DNA of 36,159 bases, from positions 1 to 36,159 of the forward strand of contig JBBMKC010196164.1 of NCBI GenBank assembly GCA_037834085.1, read 5' to 3'. The notes beneath the pieces were generated by a model. That model was not told the DNA's origin, made no database searches, and was given only the letters and a program-made list of their open reading frames with translations. The position numbers were made by a program, and so were the translations under genes. This document shows, piece after piece, positions 11,351 through 25,500 of the stretch. Position 1 is the first letter of the stretch, and every line of letters starts with the position of its first letter. Source of the stretch: Bipalium vagum. Its lineage: Eukaryota.

Positions 11351-12029
11351 AAAATAAATAAAATCTAATATATTAAATTTATTATATTATATAAATCTAT
11401 TATATTATGTAAGATTTATGTAAGAATTACTGTTGTAGTAATAATTTTTATCGTTATAAGCAAGGAATGTTGAAGATAGGGTTAACCAGGTTGAAAAAAA
11501 TTGTGATTTATACCACTAATAAATAAAATCTTTTTTCAGGAAATTAATTTTTATTCTACTAAGGTAGCAAATTATAACAATAAAGCAAGGTAAACTATTT
11601 TTGTAATAAAAATATAATGTTTAAATATATGTAAAAACATAAAATAAATTTCAGGATATTTTACCCTTAACCATAATATTTTATAATTAAATAAGAGGTT
11701 TCACATTAAAATGTTAATAACAAATTGTATTTGAATTTTAAAACTTAATTTTAACTGCTCCATTGTGGTGCACTAATCATCCAGTCAAACAACGGTGGGA
11801 TACTATACCAATATGAAAACTAGCACGATATTTTACAGTTTTAAAATTCATTAATGAAATATTTTGTGCAATTTTCGATAATTTTGAAACTTCAATTTTT
11901 TAAAGATTCATTATTTTTGAAGCTCAGATCAAGCAGGCCAATAGCCATCTATGGAAGAAATAATCTAGTGGGCAATGTTCTAGTGTGAACAAAAGTAAGA
12001 TGAAATATTAATTTAAACACAATATATGT

Positions 12030-12600
12030 ATTTATTTATTAAAATCTATTTGATCTCCTTCAAAGTAATCCCCTTCCAAAATAATAAATTTATTCCAATG
12101 TTTTTTTCAGCTTTTAAAAAATTTCTGGAACTCGATTTCTGGTATACTCTTCGAAGTGGTCAGCAATTTCTCTTTTATAATTTGAATTGAAGGAAAATGA
12201 TATCCGTGCAATATCAACTTAAGCCAAAAAAAATTTAAAAATCGTACGTACCCATATCTGATGAATAAGAAGTCTGTGAAACAGTAACAGTTTGATTTCG
12301 CATCAAAAATTCCGAATAATTATTCTGTGTGCGATGGTTAATTGTCATGATGCAAAATCCTTGATTTGTTAAAAACTTCTCTCTGCAACTCATGTTTGCC
12401 TCAAACAAAAGAGTGATCCTTTGCATACTTTTCTTTTCTCCTGTACACTGTTCTCCTCTGAGAGCATGGATCTTGTTCGAAAGTAGTTGTCAGAAAAGTC
12501 TAGTATCATACAAGTTGAAGACTTCGTCAGCGGAAAACTGTATGAGCAATTGTGTTTATAACCTTGACTCCTAAAAATACAGACTTGTGTGCCTTTTAAC
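12030..12600 (-). mobile_element. Decayed mariner (irritans-like) fragment
   Basis: SYSSDMGTYDF (YSPDLAPCDF-like) and C-terminal HWNKFIILEGDYFEGD. Confidence 0.75.
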
Positions 12601-13068
12601 AATCACACAATAGTGGTATAGTAGTGGAAGTATGGGGTGACATAGCAAATTTATTTTGTATTTGATTTTGTCGGAACTTAGTAAAAGTAGATTTGACGTA
12701 TAACGAAATTTGACTGTATATAATTAATCGTAATCGATTAATAGAGTACGGGTTCAAAATTATGGTCGAAATAATTTTATATTTTAAACTTGTTCCACAT
12801 TTTTATATTTCATAATATTTTAATAATTATAATTTTAACATTAAATAATATTTAATTATAAAAAAAATAAAGGTTTTTCTTTAAGTTTGTTTTTCATTTA
12901 CATTTAAAATACTGAACAATTTTTTTTCATTTAAACTACTCACAATCTTACAGTAGTATGATAAATTATAATTCTAACGTGATTCTCAATTAGATTATAA
13001 ATAGTCATTGCACTTCAAATTTCTGCAATAACAAAATTGATTATATTTTGATTATAATCCCTAAAGTA

Positions 13069-13071
<3 letters not shown>

Positions 13072-13134
<63 letters not shown>
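13072..13134. repeat. (TTA)21 microsatellite
   Basis: Read directly. Confidence 0.97.
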
Positions 13135-13135
<1 letters not shown>

Positions 13136-13894
13136 CATTTACGCTTTATTTATTCCACATTTTCAAAAACGGTATACATAATATGTCTTATGACATATGA
13201 AGTTTGATAATTTAATTCTTTAGCATTAAAAACTTTTAAACTTAAAGATTAAAATTAAAATCAAATATTATTTTATATAATTGGCTTAATTATCTTATTA
13301 TTTTAAATTGAGTATAATTAAATATTAATTGAATTTTTAAAAGTATTACTTTCTCATAATTTTTTCTGATACTAATAAAGAAATCTTTCAAAAATCAAAC
13401 GAATCTTCTAATATTCAATTTATGTCTATTTCGCATTAAGTAACCAAATTTGTTTTATTGATCCAATATAAAGTCATTTCATTAATTTAATAAAATATTT
13501 TAAAAATTTAATTATTACAAAAATAATTTTATTGTAAAATTTTTCATAAGCAAAAGTTTCATTCAGTCAATAAATAAATTATAAAAATATTTTTTCTAAA
13601 TTCATTTCAAGGAAAAAATCAATTTTCATTCTTAAATATATTATATTACTTTTTTATTGGTGCGATAACCAAAATTTTAGAGTTAAAAGACCAAGAAATA
13701 TCCATGATTTTATTTTTCTAAAAATTTTTTATGAAAATAAATTTTTATTCCATTAAAAAAATCTTAAGAATCAAAAAAATTAGAAATAGAATTATCAATA
13801 GATTTAAAATTGTTGTTTAAATAAAGTAATTTTAAAATCCTTTGATTACAATGATTTAATATTATACTTTGTTCTAAATTAAGATTTTAGACTA

Positions 13895-13943
13895 GTAAGC
13901 AAGTTGGTTGAAATCTTATGTATATCTACTTTATAAATTTCAG
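13895..13943 (+). other. Putative 49-nt 5'-UTR intron of the GH20 gene
   Basis: GTAAGC ... ATTTCAG|, ending 15 nt before the ATG. Confidence 0.55.
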
Positions 13944-13958
13944 ATTGTATATTTAATT

Positions 13959-14085
13959 ATGTTTCATTTTCGGCGGTCATCTGTGACAATAATATCTATA
14001 TTTTTATTTATTTGCTTTGTAATTTTATTCCAATCTAAGGAACTAAATTCTAATGACAGCGTTAATAACTTTCATCCAAAAATTG
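13959..14085 (+). CDS. GH20 exon 1 (short basic N-tail plus hydrophobic signal/anchor)
   Basis: MFHFRRSSVTIISIFLFICFVILFQSKELN...; phase-1 donor, followed by a 47-nt intron ending TTTACAG. Confidence 0.75.
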
Positions 14086-16463
14086 GTTTATATTTTTTGA
14101 TAAAATATTATTTTATCGTCTCTTGTTTACAGTGAAAAAGTCGGTTCGATCAGTTAATGATATTGATGGAAATAAAAATATTAATAGAAAGCTCGAGGAA
14201 GCCCACAACTTTTTATCAAATATCACAAAATCAAGTTTTTCAAATGGAGATGGAAATGAAAGAAGCTTTATAAAGCCAAAAGCTAACGTAGTGCTCCTGC
14301 AAGACAGTGAGATAAAAAACGGAGAAATTGTGGTAAGTCTTTGACGTCAAATTTATGAAATATATTGTTTGAGGGTATGTACATTGTACTATCACGAAAA
14401 GTATAAACACAAAATTTGGTTAAATTACATGGACCATTAAAATCAGAGATAAACATATATATTCGCATGTTGATCATTTAAATTACAAATATCATAGTAC
14501 AATGACATTAATAGTTTTTATTGTTAATTTTCACATTACAACATTATAATAATCATTTTCAATCAATATATATATAATAAAATCAATAATTTTTTAATTA
14601 TCGATTTTAGAAAGATGATAAATAAAACACTACTGATAGTTTAAGAGTAGTTTTATATATAAATTATTTTTAAACATTGTTATTTTTCCAAGGATATGGA
14701 CAAGCCAGCTGCAGATGTTATTGTGAAGTACGATTCGGGAATGTTCGGTTTAATCGATTCGGATAGCATGCTTCATGTTTGGCGAGCCCCATTTCTCACC
14801 TTTGGCAGAATTTGGCCCCAGCCGCTTTCCATCAATACCGGAAAAGACATTTTCGAAATCTGTTCCAACTCGGCAAATTTCGCCATCAAATTGACTGGCG
14901 TCAGCAACTACATTCTACAGGTGAGCGCGTTGTAGACAGCTTTCGGTTCGATAATTGTTCACGAAAACTCAGAAATTTAAGACAATAATCCATAATCAAA
15001 GTAAAATTTTGGAATGGTTTATTTCTCATTTTTTATTTTTAAACTAAATCAATAATGTCTTACTTGTTCTCTTTCTGTTCTATTTTCGTTATTGGATTAC
15101 CTTTTCGGCTTTTACTATCACTATTTTTATTCATTTACTATAATCGTATCAATATTATTTATTCTAATTTATTAAACAAGTACCTTAAATTGAGAAGTTG
15201 CTGAAAATCGACTTTAAAAAATCAAACGCGAAATATTTCAATCACAAAAAAAAATATAGAAATATGGTAAAATTAACAAACTTTTTCTAAAGATGGCGAT
15301 ATTTTTAGGCCCGAGGTTTTCCTTTTGAGCCGGAGATTAAATAAATATTACCATCGGTCTTTCCATGGTTACTCATCTCATAGGTTACATTTTATTATGC
15401 AGGTTAATTACAAATATTACGTAATTAATGCCAACGAAACTGATAAGACATTAATCAGAATAACGCTGGATTTCTTAGTGAATGGTTCTTAATGACATTT
15501 AGGTCAGTTTGTTACATGCTGGTGAAGACATACGCTTCAGTTCGATAACAAGCCTAATTGATGTTTGTCTGTGGTTGATTTTTAGATCGCAATTTTTGCC
15601 ATTTTTCTTACATTTTAGTGAGATTGGCCTAAATTGAGTTGAGAAATATTTTTTATTTCTAGGTTTTCCCAACGAATCAATTTTGACAATTTTATCAATA
15701 ATAGTTCAATTTTGTTTTCATTTATTTATATTTTTCGATTTTTTTTGACAAATGTGATCTTTTTATAAAATATAATATTCAATTAAATAAATTGTGGTTT
15801 TTTTCAGTTTCTAAAAAATGAAATATTTTTTAAAAATTTTGCAACACTTTACATTACATTTTTTAAAAATTCAATATTGAATGATTCTCTTCATTATCCA
15901 AGCGTAGGTTTTTGGAAACGCCTGTCCACTAATTCGGTCATCAAGTATATGTTAAAAATAAAAAAATCAAAGTATCCTTTACCGAAATAATATTTCTTGT
16001 AAGCATTGTGTAGCACCTGCTTCGATACGGAACAGTTTGAATAAATTCATTTTCAATTTTTTTTATTACGCATATTGTACAAATAATGTAAACAAAAAAT
16101 TAATGACATGTAAAAGAATCGCACGAAAAATGATCCTTGATAATCGGGAAATAAAAAATATTTATAAAAAAATATCAGAAAAAATAAAATTAGCCATATT
16201 TATTTTAATGTTTTTCAACTAATAAATAATAGTTAAATGCAAAAAATATAACAAAAAAGTTTCATCTCTTTTTAGATGTCTGATATTTTTGGTATTTAGT
16301 ACGAAAAATTGTTATTACTCCTTTATTTATGTATTTATTAATCCTTACTTAATTAATCAAAATAATGTTCTACATTAGATGATTATTTCTGTTTCATTCC
16401 TTCTCAAATTAATATTTTAATAGCGCTTTATTCATTAAATACTAATTTCAAAGAAAATTGTTA

Positions 16464-16508
<45 letters not shown>

Positions 16509-19500
16509 TGTTGGAATTAATTTCCAAATCTTTTTAAAAAAATAACTCGTTCATTTACCTAAAATACAGGCTGTCCAAAAAGTAACCGAACAGGAAACTT
16601 AAATAAAAATTAGTTATGAAAACAACAAATTTAATTGATATATTTCATATTTACAAATGTTCAAAATGTCCATCTTGAACTTCAATACAATAACATCTTT
16701 TGACAACACTGCGACATTATTTCTGGCAAGTTTTTTCTGAAATATGGTTCCATTTTTGGTGAATACTTTGTTTTAGTTGATCAATTGTCCTAGGTTTATT
16801 AGCATAAAATGCGTTTAAGTTTAATAACTTTTTTTAAAGTCCTTCGATGAATTTTTAAGAATGAATCCAGAAGCGCACGCGGAATGAAATTCAAGAAATG
16901 ACGTCAGAAAAAATGAATAAGATAAAGTCAATTGAAAGACAACTATTCGCAGAAGGAAATGAATAGTAGCGAAGATAACAAAATAACGTAAAGGAAGACA
17001 TCACATTAGTCGTTTTTAGTTTAAGTTAGAGGTTTGGTTACTTTTGGGACTCCCAATTTTATTAGATCCAATTATTAAAATTATTAAATCTTGATTCTTT
17101 AAAAATTTAGTTTTGGTGTTAACTGATTTATTATTAAAATTCCTTAAAATAATGATAGAGGTCTTTCAGATAGCATAAAATTAAATTAAATTACTAAAAT
17201 AATGCAATGTTAACTTCAAAAATTTCATTTTTTATAAAAATTTTTTAAAATCAATAATTTTGTTAATATTTTCCGTTAATAATATTTGAAACATTTTACT
17301 TTGTTTTTTAAAAATTCTGAGAATCAGAAAATTTCTAATATTTTAATAATGCTAGTTTTGAAATTTGGAAAATTTTGAAGACTTAAATTTATTAATTAAA
17401 TTAAAATTAGATTTTTTAATTTCGACTGAGACTCGGCCATTTTTAAGAATTGCTATTAATTATTGATCAAGGTCTTATAGTATAGGGTTAACGGGGAAAA
17501 TTGATTTCTTAATTAAGAATGAAAACTTTTTACTTAAAAAAAATCATTAAAAATTTATTTTTTGTCACAGTCTTAATTCATGAATCAATTAACAATCTAT
17601 TTACTATTCCAAAACTGGAGAACTTTTATTTAGACAATTTGAAGTTTTTGGAAATTTGTAAAACTGTTTTCTTTTCATAGTATTAAAATTTTAAGTTCAA
17701 AATGTACTTAACTCTAAAAAGTTTTTGTTGATTTATAAATAAACGAAATTCTGTTGATTAAATCCAATAATCAAAAGCGTTATTTTACAAAATTGATTAT
17801 TATAAAAAGATAATAAATTAACAAGAAACCGTTTCAATATTTTTACACAACTATGATATATTCCGCTATTATTAAATTTAAGATCGTTTAATGGTGGACA
17901 AAATGATCTTGAACTTAAATAGTGCTTTACTTCTTTCACATTTGATACGTGTATTTATGACTTGATTGTGGAAAAAGGCACAGCAGGAACCAAATACCAT
18001 TTATTTATTTATTTACAGATTATTTTGCAGATATAGTGTTCGAGTTTTTCACATTAAATCTATTGACATTTGATAATATGCAAAGTAGTTAATTGAATTG
18101 ACGATTTCTAACAAATGGTGGTTGGTCGATGGATAATTTGATTACTCTTGCCTTTCTTTGATTCCTCATTTCCTTTGAATTATTTTCCTTCAGTTTTCAT
18201 GTTTACCATTATTTTGTATCATCTTTTTCGAATCTATTGTTTAGCATTGTTAGGTGCTGTTGGTAACCTCTGTTTAGTAAGCTTGGTTTTAGCTTTGTTC
18301 TTTCAAATTAACGTATGTTGATATCTTTGAGTTTTTGATAACATCTAAGAAATATTTTTATAATATTTTTTAAACGAATTTTTTTCTTTTAACCTTATGA
18401 ACACAATTTTCTTAGATTTTTTTTTGTTTTCCCAAAAAATATTGTTTTTGTTGTTAGAGTATTGATGATATGTTAGGTCAGGTGGTATGACCTTTCAAAT
18501 CTGGGTGACTATGAATCTAATTCAATTGGTTTTCTCATAGTCGCTTTTTGTCGATAATAATGAGGATTTTGATGAAAAGTTGAATTTATTTTGTTATTAC
18601 TTAATTATTTTAAGTTTTATGATGCTATTTTAAAAGCCACCTAAGTCTATCCATACATGTTTTTTCAGTTCATTTGAGTTTTTTTGTGATTAAATAACTT
18701 TTTAAAGATTCTGGAATCTTAAAGTTTCATGAAACTATAACTTTTCACTTAGGATGCTATCAATCGATATCAAGACCTTATTTGTATTTCAAAATCGGTT
18801 TCGTTTTATCCACCAAATTGGCGACAACAGGAAGGGGTTTTGGATAAAATATCTGTTGGTGATCTTTTAACTGTTAATGAAAAACTTAAGAAAAAAAAGA
18901 ATAAATTTGCTTCATCATACACTTATCCTGCCACCTTGAAAGATCAATTAAATTTCGTAAATGTCTACGTAGAATCGGAAGGTCATCAATGGCCTAGTCT
19001 ATATATGAACGAAACATATCATTTATCTGTTTCAATGAAAGGAATATATATTTCTTCCAAGGAAACATGGGGAGCACTCAGGGCTCTCGAAAGTCTGTCT
19101 CAGTTGGTTTGGAGAACAAGAGCTGGTAGAATGTTTATCAATGAAACAAAAATCCAAGATCAACCAAGGTTCAAGCACCGAGGTTTAATGTTAGATACAG
19201 CGAGACATTTCATACCAAAAGATATTATTCTAAAGACTTTAGATGCTATGGTAATGAATAAAATGAATGTCTTTCACTGGCATATAACTGATGATCAATC
19301 ATTTCCCCTGATTACGGAAAATCATCCAGAATTCGCTTTATATGGTGCATACGATCCAGAACATAAGGTTTACAGACCGGAAACTGTAAAAGAAATCGTT
19401 GAGTATGCCAGAGTCAGAGGAATCCGTGTGATACCAGAAATTGATTCCCCTAGTCACACGTTAAGTTGGCGGAAAAGCCATCCGGAAATTATGACACGAT

Positions 19501-22500
19501 GTATAGATATTAATGGAAAGTGGTCTGGCAACTATGGCCCAGTTAATATGGCTGCAGCATCAACATATCGATTATTAACCAGTCTGTATACGGATGTGAT
19601 AAACCTTTTCCCAGATCAGTGGATTCATTTGGGATCAGATGAAGTTGCAACAACTTGTATTACTAGCAACCAGGCTATACAGAGCTGGATGAGAACAAGG
19701 GGAATGTTTTCTGTTGATTCGTTGATTGATTTTTATACCAGAAAACTTCAAAATATAATAACGAAAATTGGATTGTCTAATTCACAGAAACAGCGAGGTT
19801 TCATTGTTTGGCAAGAAGCTTACGAACGCAACTCAGTGCTGAAAAAGGGTACTATTGTCCAACTTTGGAAGAGTCAGTCCACGTCTGAGGCGGCTGTATT
19901 GGCTAAACAAAATATTCAAGTTTTATATTCGGCCTGTTGGTATATAGATAGATTAGAGTATGGAGCTCAATGGATCAATCATTATCAGTGTGATCCTGGA
20001 GATGAATTTGGTAATCAGATGGTCATGAATGATTATAATAATGTTCCTATCAATGAAAACTGGAGGGATAATATACTTGGAGGAGAAGCCGCTACTTGGA
20101 CAGAATTTCTTGATGCAGATAATGTTCTTCCTCGAATATGGTAAAATCTTAAGTTTTTTATTTAATATTTTTCGCAAAAATTAAAGAGATTTTAAATTAA
20201 GGGTTTTAAAAGGATACCTTTAGAATATCTTTTAGTATTCTCCTGGTTTGTTTTAACTAATCGTATTTTAATCAATAGTTCCAAACATTATTGAAATATA
20301 GTAAATATACTATAATTGAGATACATGTTTTAAAAAAATGAATAAATTCATTCCTACAATCTACGAAATGATGACAGTTATGTCTTCAGACGAGACCGCA
20401 ATAAATTACCTTTTAGAAAATAAATGACTAAAAATATTAAATTAAAATTTGATCTTGGAAATAACCCAGAAAAACACACCAGGAGAATACCAAAATTCAA
20501 ACAAATTTTATTATTTGATTTTATTGTGTGTATTTATAATTTATTTTAATTTTAAGAAAATTAAATATTTTTCAAATATAAAAGTTTATATATATATTTA
20601 TTTATTTATTTATTTAATATCGTAATTAATATTTAATTTCAAATTTATATTTTATTGCAATCAATTTTAACCAATGTTGACAGGAAGCACAATTGATGAT
20701 TTAAACAAATATTGAAATGAAATATAAGTTAAGTACATATAATAATTATATACCCTCTATTACAGTTTTTATAAGCTCGATAAAATATATGGTTGTGAAA
20801 ATACTGAAATCATATGTTAGATAACTAAATCAATATTCAGAAAATAAAATAATATTAGAAGTTATTAAAAAATGTATTATTGATTTAATTTTTTTAGAAA
20901 ATTGTTTTTTTTTCAATGTTTTGTATTTAATCAAATAATTATTTTTACTTTTATATATTTATTTATGTACATTTATGCATATTTATTAATTTATTTGATA
21001 TTTTTGTTAACTATCTTTAAATAAGCACTAAAAAATAAATTTTAAAAATAAAAAAATTGTTAAACTCAAAATAATATTCAAAATTTATGTGTACCCAATA
21101 AAGATATTCATTAAGTGTAGAAAAACTAATATAAAGTAAATTAAATTTTTATTCAATATGCTTTTGTTTATATTGGTTAATTAATTTAAATTTGGTTTAT
21201 ATTTTTTATAATATTAATTTGTTTTACTTTAAATTCGAAGATTTTGAAATATATCTTACAATATCGAAGTGTCATAATATTTCTTGTTATGAAGGAAATG
21301 AATCGCAATTTCTTTCTGTTCACTAAAAAAATTCAAAATCCAAATGCACAATATATTGTTGGTATAATGAATTTCTGAATGGTAGTACATCTGGTAAGTC
21401 TCCTGACATTATTGACAAAAACACTGAAAAGGTTATAAAAAGTGTGCAAACCGAGAGGAGAATTGAGAATTGACATCAGGTCTAAATATTAAAAAAGCAC
21501 TTTTGATTCTCTCCTTACATCTCGCAGTATTCGAAAATTATGTTCTTCATTTGTACTATGGTTTTTGAATGCTGATATGACACAACATATTTTGATATTT
21601 GTAAAAAAATCTGATTACTCTTGGATAATATTATCCAACAGGACGAAACACTATTGTTTGTGTATATACAAGAGTGTAAGCGAGAGTCTGGAGAGTGCGA
21701 ATTGCTTAGACAGTCCAGTTCAAAGAAAATACGGTCATCGTAATTATCTAATTCGGTATGTTTTTAGGTGCTAAAGGTAAAATTTTGATCGATTTTATTG
21801 ATTATGGATTGAGAATACACAGTTCTTATTACTTAAATCTGTGCAAAGAACTAGAAACATTATTTTCGCTTCCATAACCAATATCGTGGATTATGGTTTG
21901 AAATTATTAAGGCATCATCCATACAGTTCAGATCACTTTTTGACTTTTGTTTTTTCATAAACTTAAGGGTGAGCGGTATACGAACAAAGAAGATCTTCGT
22001 CTTGCTGTTGAAGAATTTTTGAAGGAAAAATCTCGATATTTCTTTACGAAAGTTTTCATGGAATTCGCATCTCTTTGTAAAAATTACATAAACTTGTAAG
22101 GAAATTATTTTGAAAAATAATATCTGTTGCTTGAATATTTTATTTTCAAAATGACTTTCTATAAGAGTGATAATACCTATTGGGCGCACCACGTACTTGG
22201 ATATAATATCAACTTTTTTGAAAATTTTTAAAGTTTTTCATTGAGATAAATGCTTTTTATTGAAAGTCCATAAAAATTTTTACAAAAAAAAGATTTTTCA
22301 AATTTGATATATAAATAAAAAAGAAATAATATTAATTAATAAATATTAACAAGCTATTATTAAATTTTTGGCTTAAAGTATGGAGACATTTTAATATTTT
22401 GAGGTTAATTTCTTATAGAAAACTATTCCATAAAACAATGAATAATGAATTTCTTGATTTATCCAAACATAATCTGACTTTTGCACAAGGAGAAATTATT

Positions 22501-25500
22501 AAGATGTAAAAATTTTCGTTTTCGATATTTTTGAACCTATTTTTGGACAAAATAGACCATATTTTGATTGTGCTACGCTATGTTTTTGAGACAATCCTCT
22601 GTGAGAAACATTAACCTTGTCAGAGGCGAACTTTACCAAATTTTGGAATCTGCTTCAGCTGAACTTTGATATACCACCACTTATTGATGTTAGTTTATCT
22701 AAAAGATTGTCTTTCTATCTTTTGATGGTAACAGATTTCTGCCTACATTGAAGTATCTCAAAAACAAATTGTATTCTTCCACCGTCATTAGCTCTTAAAT
22801 ATATAAAAATGATTAATAATTGCCTTCAGATAACAATTATTTGAGTCTATTGATTATATTTGTTAATTATGATTCAAATTTCTCTGATTACTTTCCGATC
22901 AACCGTTATAAAACATAGTTATATATTTATTTATATTAGGGTGAGTCATAATAACTCGCGTTTTTTATAATGAAAGACAAAAAATAAAAATTATCAAACA
23001 TTTATTCATCAAAATATAAACCAATGTATTTTAATGCCTTTAACCATCGTTCGGCCAGACATTTTATTCCTCTGTTATACCATGCAGCGTCCTTGGAAGC
23101 AAAAAATTCGAGACAACCATTTTCCACTAAAAATGTGTGAATTAATACAATTTTACATCAAATAATTTATATCATCAGAAAATTTTTATCAAAATAAATA
23201 AATGAAAAACACTTGCATAACAATAGAAACTTAGAACAATCTTAAATCTTAAATTTAATCAGTGTCAATATATAATTAGTAATTATTAATTACATATTTT
23301 CAATTAAAAATTGCTTAAAGCATAAACATTCATCTTAAAATTTCTACTAATTCTCAAAATCTCATAAACAAATATGGTTTGCATAATAATTAGTTAGTAA
23401 CTTAAAGGCTTAGTCTACTGATTATCCAGGAGAATGGAAATAAGAAAATGCTAAATGGATTATAATAAATTCAAGCTAAATATATGATATCCCAGAACTC
23501 ACTCCAGGAAAACAGATACTGTCTAATCAATATATTTTCTCTAGTGCTTTATTATTAATTAACAAAATAAAGCAATCTAAGATCAAAATATATTTTTCTA
23601 ATGAATTTTTTTATTAAGCACATCTAATTAAAACAAATTCCTTTTTATCAATAATTAAATCCCATTTTCTTAAAACTAATTTAAATTGTCAATATATAAA
23701 GCAATTTATTCTTGAAACATTTTTGGATAATATTATCTTATTTCTCAAACAATTATAAGTGATTAAACATAAAATAATCCATTAAATTTAAATCCCTTTG
23801 AAAAATATTCGACTAAAATTGAATGTTTCGTTTAAATCGAGGAAAGTATAAATTAAAAACCATGACGATTATATCTGTTTTAATTGATTTAAAATTCGAA
23901 TTCTTTTTAAAGTGCTGAGTAGAAATAGTTTTTATGATCGATCTAAAAATATAAATTATTATTTGGAAAATCGATCAGTCTCAGATTATTTAATTAAGCA
24001 AAAAATAAAACAGGTGTTTTTCCCTGAAAACAGCTTTCTGTTTACCGCTATAACTTTTGTTTTAAATATTACATGTATATGGGACTTATTTACTTTGATT
24101 TAACTCTAAAATTATGGTCTAACAACGAGGTCATTATTTGTTTTAAATGCGTTTCCACTTTTATAATCGGCTGTTAGGGATAATTTTATTAATTCTTATA
24201 TTACAATAAAAAGATAATGTATCAATTAAATTTTTTATTGAAATATTAATATTAATATAAACACTAATTAAATATCGTATTGAATATTTTGGGTGCTTCT
24301 CGTGTTTCGCATTATTCAAATGTGTTAATTTCACCTAATATTACACCCGATTTAATCGATTGGCCACATGGAAAAAGCTCGTAATACATAATATTATTGA
24401 AATTCCAAGAAACTGAAACTATACTACTGCCATTAATGATACTTTTCTTTACTCCATATTCTGATACCATGATCTTTTAAGCAATATTGTGATAAAGAAA
24501 TGACAGTCCAACAATTGTTTCTAGAAGGAGGTTTTCAGCAGGAAATCGTATATTGAAATGCCTGATAATGAATTTACCTCAGTAAGGTTAAAGATTTGAA
24601 CATCGAGTGGAAAAAACAAATCCCAATATATTCTGATATTATTCTACAGTTCTGTGAAATATATTTATTATCACTGTCATTTCCATAGCCGTATGACATG
24701 AATTCTGCAGTTGTTGTCACGGAGATCACTTGAATCACATTTAACTGGATTATCGTGTTGAAAAGGGGTCAATTAAGTGGAAATTAGTAAATGTTTTTGA
24801 TATATGCATTTGATAAGGCATCAACTTGACATAGGTCACATGTTTTACTATTTTTCTCAGATTTTTTTTATCTTTCTCAAAGTAATTTAAGAGAATATGA
24901 CGAAATTATGCATTGTTAATTGAATATAATATTATTTAAACTTAACTGAAAAATTACAGAAATTTCATTATTAAAAAGAGCGCGAACTTATTCACCAATC
25001 CAATATTATATTACATTATTTGAAAAAGAAAGTAGGAAGCCTTAATAATCAATTACTTTAACTCGGTAGCCACCAATCTTCAATGACAACCTACATCAAG
25101 AATGTGACTTTTGGACTTTGATGATAAAGTACGTTGAACTCTGGAATCAGATGTGTCTTGTTCAGTTCATGAGTTGGTAACTGAATTTGGTCTTTCAAAA
25201 TCAAATTCTATCAACAGCTCTTGGTTTATGGAAAAGAGCTACCTGAATGAATCTTCATCACGATACAAACGAGGGAAATTAATTTTCAACTTTAAATAGT
25301 TATAAAAAATTGAACTGTTAACATTTTCCTTATGGTGTCTTTCAGTTACATATTCAAAGTTTTTTAGTTGATGGGGTTGCATTCTTTTCCTTTCATTAAA
25401 ATAATTTATAAATATATTAAATTTTTTGGTCATGAGTTATAAAAATACGTGATCGGATGTCATGGTTTATGAAAATTTTATATTTTAATCCATTTTTTAT

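Noticed and set aside
15972-15980. GTATCCTTT U12-like donor inside GH20 intron 3 (another occurs on the minus strand near 20217)
   Set aside because: There is no associated exon or reading-frame need, and this 9-mer can arise by chance in 36 kb of AT-rich DNA.
18050-18700. Possible decayed retroelement in GH20 intron 3
   Set aside because: Strand-skewed composition only. No RT, endonuclease or integrase motif could be read.
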